DNA of 64,000 nt from the NCBI GenBank assembly GCA_021792255.1, contig JAJYUZ010000003.1, positions 32,001 to 96,000 on the forward strand. The letters are read 5' to 3'. The stretch's first letter is position 1. Each line of letters opens with the position of its first letter. The stretch comes from Thermoplasmata archaeon. GTDB lineage: Archaea; Thermoplasmatota; Thermoplasmata; Thermoplasmatales; GCA-001856825. Below, in pieces: positions 58,516 through 64,000 of this stretch. Made by a program: the position numbers and the translations under genes. The notes below the pieces were generated by a model. It was not told the origin of the DNA and made no database searches. It saw nothing but the letters and a program-made list of their open reading frames with translations.

Positions 58516-58588
58516 TCCGGATCAGATGAGGGAGAATTTGACTATTTTTCATTAAAAATATAATTTAAGCGTACTTAATTCCATTCTT

Positions 58589-58613
58589 CTATAAAAACTG
58601 AGAATTTTTATAG
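58589..58613. promoter_or_regulatory. inverted repeat overlapping the TATA box of the second sdh operon
   Basis: CTATAAAAA-N7-TTTTTATAG. Confidence 0.45.
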
Positions 58614-58642
58614 CGTCATGAACTTCCTTATTGGAGATCTAT

Positions 58643-60358
58643 TTGGTCGAAGTCTTTGATTACGATTTAGTGATAGTAGGTTCCGGACTGGCGGGTCTTC
58701 GAGCCGCGATCGAAGCAGCCAGAATTGGCAAGGGAAAGTTACGGATTGCCATAATTGCAAAAAACCAACTGATGCGACCCCACTCTATTTCTGCAGAAGG
58801 AGGGTCTGCTGCAGTTCTCTACATGGATGAAGGTGATTCTTTCGACCTTCACGCTTACGATACGATAAAAGGGTCAGACTATTTGTGCGACCAGGACGTC
58901 GTAGAATTTTTTGTTCGGCAGTGTCCGATAGATATTCTAGAGCTTGAACACTGGGGAATTCCGTGGGCAAGGAGAAATGACGGAAGAATCGCACAACGAC
59001 CATTCGGAGGACACTCGTACCCGAGAGCGACTTTTGCAGCTGACAGGACTGGATTCTACGAAATTCACACTCTGTACGACACTCTTCTGAAATATGATAA
59101 TGTAGACAAATTTCACGAACAATTCGTGTACGATTTCCTGATCGAAAACAACAGGTTTAGAGGAGTTGTAGCGTTCGATATTCCGACCGGACAGATCCGA
59201 ATTTTCAAAGCAAGAGCTGGAATCGTTGCGACAGGTGGTCTTGGAAGACTGTATGGATACACCACCTATTCTCACCTAGTCACGGGAGATGGGTTGGCAA
59301 TAGCTCTCAGAAGAGGTATGAAACTGAAGGATATAGAATTCGTTCAGTTCCATCCAACCGGACTGGTACCATCCGGAATTCTGATCACAGAAGGAGTCAG
59401 GGGCGACGGTGGCATACTAAGGAACGCGAAAGGAGAAAGATTCATGGAAAAGTATGCGCCTACCAAGAAAGACCTCGCACCAAGGGACATCGTTTCCAGA
59501 AGTATGATGACAGAGATACTTGAAGGAAGAGGATTCAAGGGACCGGGTGGACTTGACTACCTCTTATTGGATTTCTCACCAATTGGTGCCGAGAAGATAA
59601 AGGAAAAACTCTCTCAAGTAAGGGAAATAGGGGCCCACTACGTCGGGATAGATCCCCTAGATTCGCCGCTTCCCGTTAGACCTTCTGCACACTACACAAT
59701 GGGTGGAATAGACGTGACTCATACTGGATTCACTGGAGTCACCGGTCTGTGGGCAGCAGGCGAGACCGCGTGCCTTTCCATTCACGGATCGAACAGACTC
59801 GGTGCGAATTCCACCAGCGAGTGCGTCGTCTTCGGAAAGGTTGCAGGTGAAGATTCAGCAAAGTGGCTCTTGACCAATAGCAACTCGGTCGATCTTTCAG
59901 AAGGGGACAAAAAATATGCGGAGAATTTTCTTGCCGACGCTTACAGAGACAAAGGAGACTACGATCCATACGAGATAAAGAGAGAGTTGTGGACAACGAT
60001 GGACAAGGACGCATACGTTTTCAGAAACGAAAATGGACTTACTGAGGGATTGAAAATTATTCGGGGTTTAATCGAGAAGAGTGGAAAAATATCGATCTCA
60101 GAGAAGGGGAATGTGTACAACCAGAATCTGATCGCATCCTTAGAAATGAAAAATCTCGTCGAGCTTGCGGAAGTAGTGGTGAAGGGTGCTCTCGAGAGAA
60201 AAGAGAGCAGGGGCTCTCACTTCAGAACCGACTATCCAACGAGGGATGACGACAATTACCTCAAGCACACAATTGCCCGGAGAGCGGATGGTGCATTGAA
60301 TATCAGTTACGTTCCAGTCACGTTAACAAAGTGGAAACCGGAACCGAGGGTATATTGA
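58643..60358 (+). CDS. sdhA: succinate dehydrogenase flavoprotein (second, canonical type)
   Basis: [36 protein letters not shown]. Start TTG 58643 after GGAG; alternative 58631. Confidence 0.93.
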   Translation: MVEVFDYDLVIVGSGLAGLRAAIEAARIGKGKLRIAIIAKNQLMRPHSISAEGGSAAVLYMDEGDSFDLHAYDTIKGSDYLCDQDVVEFFVRQCPIDILELEHWGIPWARRNDGRIAQRPFGGHSYPRATFAADRTGFYEIHTLYDTLLKYDNVDKFHEQFVYDFLIENNRFRGVVAFDIPTGQIRIFKARAGIVATGGLGRLYGYTTYSHLVTGDGLAIALRRGMKLKDIEFVQFHPTGLVPSGILITEGVRGDGGILRNAKGERFMEKYAPTKKDLAPRDIVSRSMMTEILEGRGFKGPGGLDYLLLDFSPIGAEKIKEKLSQVREIGAHYVGIDPLDSPLPVRPSAHYTMGGIDVTHTGFTGVTGLWAAGETACLSIHGSNRLGANSTSECVVFGKVAGEDSAKWLLTNSNSVDLSEGDKKYAENFLADAYRDKGDYDPYEIKRELWTTMDKDAYVFRNENGLTEGLKIIRGLIEKSGKISISEKGNVYNQNLIASLEMKNLVELAEVVVKGALERKESRGSHFRTDYPTRDDDNYLKHTIARRADGALNISYVPVTLTKWKPEPRVY

Positions 60359-60367
60359 GGTGAAAAG

Positions 60368-60817
60368 ATGACGATCGAAAATAAGAAAGGGTGGATTTCG
60401 TGGTTCAACCCGTTCAAGTACGGGACGGACAGGTGGATGTACGCCCTCCACAGACTCACCGGAATCGTGCTTGGAGTTTACCTGATGTTCCACGTAGTAG
60501 AGACCTCTAGAATCCTGGAAGGTGCTGTTACCTGGAACAGCCTAATGGTCTGGCTCGATTATCCTTTTGGTCCTCACTTCGGTCCGTTGATACTCTCCGC
60601 AGTTCTGCTGGCAGCCGTATATCACGCACTTAATGGCCTGCGCCTTACGATAGTCGAGAACGGTCTGATGCTTCCGAAACCTTACAGGCCGGAATATCCT
60701 TACAAGCCCAGATCACTAAGAGGATTGAACAATTTCCTAAAGATCTTCCTCGGATTCTTCATGATCGCAATCAGTGCAGTCGGCATAATCTACATCTTTA
60801 CGGGGGCGATTCTGTGA
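60368..60817 (+). CDS. sdhC: succinate dehydrogenase cytochrome b subunit
   Basis: LHRLTG, FH and YHALNGLR His motifs; 3 TM segments. Confidence 0.88.
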   Translation: MTIENKKGWISWFNPFKYGTDRWMYALHRLTGIVLGVYLMFHVVETSRILEGAVTWNSLMVWLDYPFGPHFGPLILSAVLLAAVYHALNGLRLTIVENGLMLPKPYRPEYPYKPRSLRGLNNFLKIFLGFFMIAISAVGIIYIFTGAIL

Positions 60818-61215
60818 GAGAGTCTCAGATAATGTTCATTCAGTACATGACCGGATTACTCATCCTGGTATTCGGTTCGTTCCATTTTCTACTGATAAGC
60901 GCTCTTGCCCCTACCACAGATAAAGTTCTTTACAGCTACACCTACCTTAACGGCATCCGCACCCTTGCCGGAGGAACTCTGTACTATTCCACCGTGAAGG
61001 CCGTGTATACTTCACTGATGTGGGGATCCGTTTTCGAACTGCTCCTCACTTTTCTTGTATTCCATATATTCAACGGATTCAGAGTAATACTATCCGAACA
61101 GTTTCCCGGAAGCAAGGCTGAGAAGATCATCACCTATTCGGTGCTGATCGCTGCGATGATAGTTTTCATCTGGGGATCAAGGACGATTGTACTAATGTTG
61201 AATGGAGGTCTCTAA
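60814..61215 (+). CDS. sdhD: succinate dehydrogenase hydrophobic anchor subunit
   Basis: QY.TG, FH, FHIFNGFRVIL; 3 TM segments. Confidence 0.85.
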   Translation: MRESQIMFIQYMTGLLILVFGSFHFLLISALAPTTDKVLYSYTYLNGIRTLAGGTLYYSTVKAVYTSLMWGSVFELLLTFLVFHIFNGFRVILSEQFPGSKAEKIITYSVLIAAMIVFIWGSRTIVLMLNGGL

Positions 61216-61216
61216 T

Positions 61217-62020
61217 ATGCAGGAAATCGCACTGAAAGGATTTGGAGAGGTTGTCAAGACTGTCACGTTCAGAGTCAAGAGATACAGCCCCGAAAATGCG
61301 GATATGCCGAGGTACATGGAATACAAAGTCCCGGTCCAGAGGGGAATGACCATACTCGACGGAATACTCTACATCAAGGAACATCTGGACCACTCACTTT
61401 CGGCCCGTTACTCCTGCAGAATGGGAATCTGCGGATCGTGCGGCATGATCATAAACGGAAAGGAGAAACTTGCGTGCCAGACCCAGATACTCGAGCTCGG
61501 CAAGGATCTGATCAAGGTGGATCCTATGGGAAACTACGAAATTGTGAAGGATCTGGTCCCCGATCTCTCGAAACTCTTCAGAAACCATCAAAAGGTAAAA
61601 CCATACGTGCTGAGGGAGGAGGAATCTCCAACCAGTGAATACCTTCAAACTCCAGAACAGCGGGAAGAATATGCGATGTTTACCGATTGCATTCTCTGTG
61701 GAATGTGCCTGTCGGCATGCCCTACGAACGCAGCCGACGAGCTCTACCTCGGTCCGCAAGCTCTCGCTCAGGGATTCAGGTACATCTCAGACAACAGAGA
61801 CCTGGGATTCGAGGAGAGGTTGAACGTTCTGGATTCAAAACACGGCGTCTGGAGATGCCACTTTTCTGGAGCCTGTTCAGAGGTATGCCCCAAGGGAGTA
61901 GACCCAGCACTGGGCATTCAACTGCTGCGGCAACTCCTGACTGAAAACATATTCGTCAAACATAAACAGAAGGGTACGACAAGAGGTCCGGAGAGAAAGT
62001 CGGCATCGGGAGTTTCCTGA
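61217..62020 (+). CDS. sdhB: succinate dehydrogenase iron-sulfur subunit (second)
   Basis: SCRMGICGSC, CILCGMCLSACP, CHFSGACSEVCP; GGAGGT SD before ATG 61217. Confidence 0.93.
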   Translation: MQEIALKGFGEVVKTVTFRVKRYSPENADMPRYMEYKVPVQRGMTILDGILYIKEHLDHSLSARYSCRMGICGSCGMIINGKEKLACQTQILELGKDLIKVDPMGNYEIVKDLVPDLSKLFRNHQKVKPYVLREEESPTSEYLQTPEQREEYAMFTDCILCGMCLSACPTNAADELYLGPQALAQGFRYISDNRDLGFEERLNVLDSKHGVWRCHFSGACSEVCPKGVDPALGIQLLRQLLTENIFVKHKQKGTTRGPERKSASGVS

Positions 62021-62081
62021 TGTTTCGTAAGCGCGATGCAATTCTAAAAAATTATAAATTTGATGATTCGCTTGAGGATAG

Positions 62082-62453
62082 ATGAGCATGACCCCTGAGT
62101 TGGCTGCCCTTGCTCTGGCAGTCATTATTGTACCTATAATCATTGCGATACTGCTCGGAACTGCGCACCACTTTTCTCCAAAGTCTTACGGAAAATATAC
62201 TCACGACAATTACGAGTGCGGTGAAGTAGCTTTGGGTGACTTCCAGTCGCCTTTGCCTCTGCAGTATTTCTTCTTCATGATGGCTTTCGTCGTTTTCGAC
62301 GTTGACTTCATTCTTCTTCTTCCCTGGGCAGGATACGTCAAGGCGCTTGGGACTGGAGTCTTCCTCGATGTGGTTCTGTTTATCGCCATAATGCTTGGTG
62401 GACTGTTCTACGCATCGAAGAAAGGATACATGAGGTGGTCGAGTGTCGGATAA
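62082..62453 (+). CDS. nuoA: complex I-like subunit A
   Basis: YECG, F..FDVD...L.PW; 3 TM segments. Confidence 0.9.
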   Translation: MSMTPELAALALAVIIVPIIIAILLGTAHHFSPKSYGKYTHDNYECGEVALGDFQSPLPLQYFFFMMAFVVFDVDFILLLPWAGYVKALGTGVFLDVVLFIAIMLGGLFYASKKGYMRWSSVG

Positions 62454-62901
62454 TATTCTGGTCACAACTCTGGATGAAGCACTCAAGTGGGGAACCGGAA
62501 AATCGCTGTGGCCTTTTACGTTCGGACTTGCCTGCTGTGCTATAGAAATGATGAGTGCAATGGGTTCGGATTATGACTGGGCGAGATTTGGTTCTGACGT
62601 TTTCAGGGATTCACCAAGGCACTCAGACCTCATGATCGTTTCAGGAACCGTCACCAAAAAAATGGCTCCAAGAATCCGGAGACTTTATGATCAAATGGCC
62701 TTTCCAAAGTTCGTTATCTCTATGGGAGCTTGCGCTTCCGCAGGTGGCCCCTACGTCAGAGGATATTCTGTTGTGGATGGAGTAGATCAGGTCGTGCCGG
62801 TCGATGTGTACGTGTTCGGTTGCCCCCCGAGACCTGAAGCACTGATACAGGCCCTCAAGATGCTTCAGGACAGAATCGTTGCGGGGAAGGTGAAACATTG
62901 A
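62443..62901 (+). CDS. nuoB: complex I-like subunit B
   Basis: [21 protein letters not shown]. Confidence 0.95.
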   Translation: MSDNILVTTLDEALKWGTGKSLWPFTFGLACCAIEMMSAMGSDYDWARFGSDVFRDSPRHSDLMIVSGTVTKKMAPRIRRLYDQMAFPKFVISMGACASAGGPYVRGYSVVDGVDQVVPVDVYVFGCPPRPEALIQALKMLQDRIVAGKVKH

Positions 62902-63353
62902 TACAAATCGAAAGCGAATCCTCGACCAAGAACGGGACAAGGATCGTTTACGTTTCAAAGGACAACGTTTTACCCTTCTTGAAGGAGAAAAAGGAGGAAG
63001 GTTTCGATACCCTCCTGATGGTATCCGGGGTCGATTATAAGGATCATCTAGAGGTGATCTATCACCTCCTCTCTTCAACAAACAACTCCAGACTGATAGT
63101 CAAGGCAAAGACGGACGATGAGGTCGAGTCCGTTACCTCTCTCTGGAAGGGAGCAAACTGGCACGAGAGAGAAACCTGGGACCTAGTGGGAATCAAGTTC
63201 AAGAATCATCCCAACCTGACAAGAATACTTCTCGCAGAGGGATGGGTCGGTCACCCTTTGAGGAAGAATTATCCTATGGAGAAGAAGCAGTTCGTCAACC
63301 TGGCAGAAGACGGTGAAGACAGAGTCTCTTTTGAAAATACGGAGGGGTACTGA
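62898..63353 (+). CDS. nuoC: complex I-like subunit C
   Basis: ANWHERE..DL.GI.F..HP...RIL...W.GHPLRK. Confidence 0.93.
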   Translation: MIQIESESSTKNGTRIVYVSKDNVLPFLKEKKEEGFDTLLMVSGVDYKDHLEVIYHLLSSTNNSRLIVKAKTDDEVESVTSLWKGANWHERETWDLVGIKFKNHPNLTRILLAEGWVGHPLRKNYPMEKKQFVNLAEDGEDRVSFENTEGY

Positions 63354-63354
63354 A

Positions 63355-64000
63355 ATGGAAGACAAGATTATCGAAGTGAACTTTGGGCCCCAGCATCCTT
63401 CCACACATGGTGTACTTAGAATCAAGGTGAAACTGGACGGCGAAATAATAGTAGAAGCTCAGCCAATTATAGGATACCTTCACAGAAATGCAGAGAAGCT
63501 TGCAGAAATGGGAGCATATCCGAAAGGGATGGTCTATATCGACAGACTGGACTACGTAGCTGCCCTCAATATGGAACTTGGTCACGTATTGTCCATAGAG
63601 AACCTGATGGACGTCCAGGTACCAGAGAGAGCACTCTGGATCAGGATTCTCATGGTAGAACTGAACAGGATTGCCTCGCACCTCATATGGCTCGGAACTC
63701 ACGGGTTGGACATGGGAATGCTCACCCCTTTCTTCTACTGTTTCAGGGAGAGGGAGAGAATACTGAGAATCTTCGACGAGATAACGGGTAGCAGACTCCT
63801 CTACAACTACTTTGCAATAGGGGGGGTTTACTCCGATGTCACCCCAAAATCTATCGAAATGATCAAGGAATGGACTGAAGATTTCGTCGATAAGTTGGAA
63901 GAAATACAGGCGATCCTCGGCAAGAGCTACATTTACGTCAGCAGGACGAGAGGGGTAGGAAAATTATCTCCCGAGGATGTGCTGTCGTACGGAGTCACTG
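63355..64000 (+). CDS. nuoD: complex I-like subunit D (3' truncated by window edge)
   Basis: Hand translation MEDKIIEVNFGPQHPSTHGVLR..GYLHR..EK..DRLDY..ELNRIASHL. Confidence 0.95.
   Translation, partial: MEDKIIEVNFGPQHPSTHGVLRIKVKLDGEIIVEAQPIIGYLHRNAEKLAEMGAYPKGMVYIDRLDYVAALNMELGHVLSIENLMDVQVPERALWIRILMVELNRIASHLIWLGTHGLDMGMLTPFFYCFRERERILRIFDEITGSRLLYNYFAIGGVYSDVTPKSIEMIKEWTEDFVDKLEEIQAILGKSYIYVSRTRGVGKLSPEDVLSYGVT

Noticed and set aside
1-64000. CRISPR arrays, rRNA, IS elements, inteins, tRNA introns
   Set aside because: None seen: no regularly spaced repeats, core proteins have normal lengths, and the tRNAs are uninterrupted.

Overview
Archaeal chromosomal segment of moderate GC. The gene set (iorAB, Sm-L37e-purF, XPD, CarS, archease, homodimeric GlyRS, grpE-dnaK-dnaJ, presenilin, GGR, Taw1) best fits a Thermoplasmatota/Thermoplasmatales-like organism; this is inferred, not database-checked. 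It holds about 70 CDS and three tRNAs (Glu-TTC, His-GTG, Ala-GGC). I found no rRNA, CRISPR array, integrase or transposase. Four small genes below the ORF-track cut-off were read by hand: L37e, an RHH/antitoxin-like fragment, a 57-aa double-CPxCG protein and a 56-aa membrane protein. Main points: (1) two different complex II operons sit back to back before the nuo operon, and the first resembles mycobacterial Sdh1 (type F, Cys/His Rieske-like anchor) with an extra 2-TM microprotein; (2) a GC-rich structured element with T-loop/riboswitch-like motifs lies upstream of the geranylgeranyl reductase gene; (3) a wHTH fused to a solute-binding domain sits in an MTAP / beta-CASP / XPD operon; (4) there are three KaiC/RAD55 ATPases, two degenerate and one fused to a restriction-endonuclease-like domain; (5) the purF propeptide is encoded inside rpl37e.
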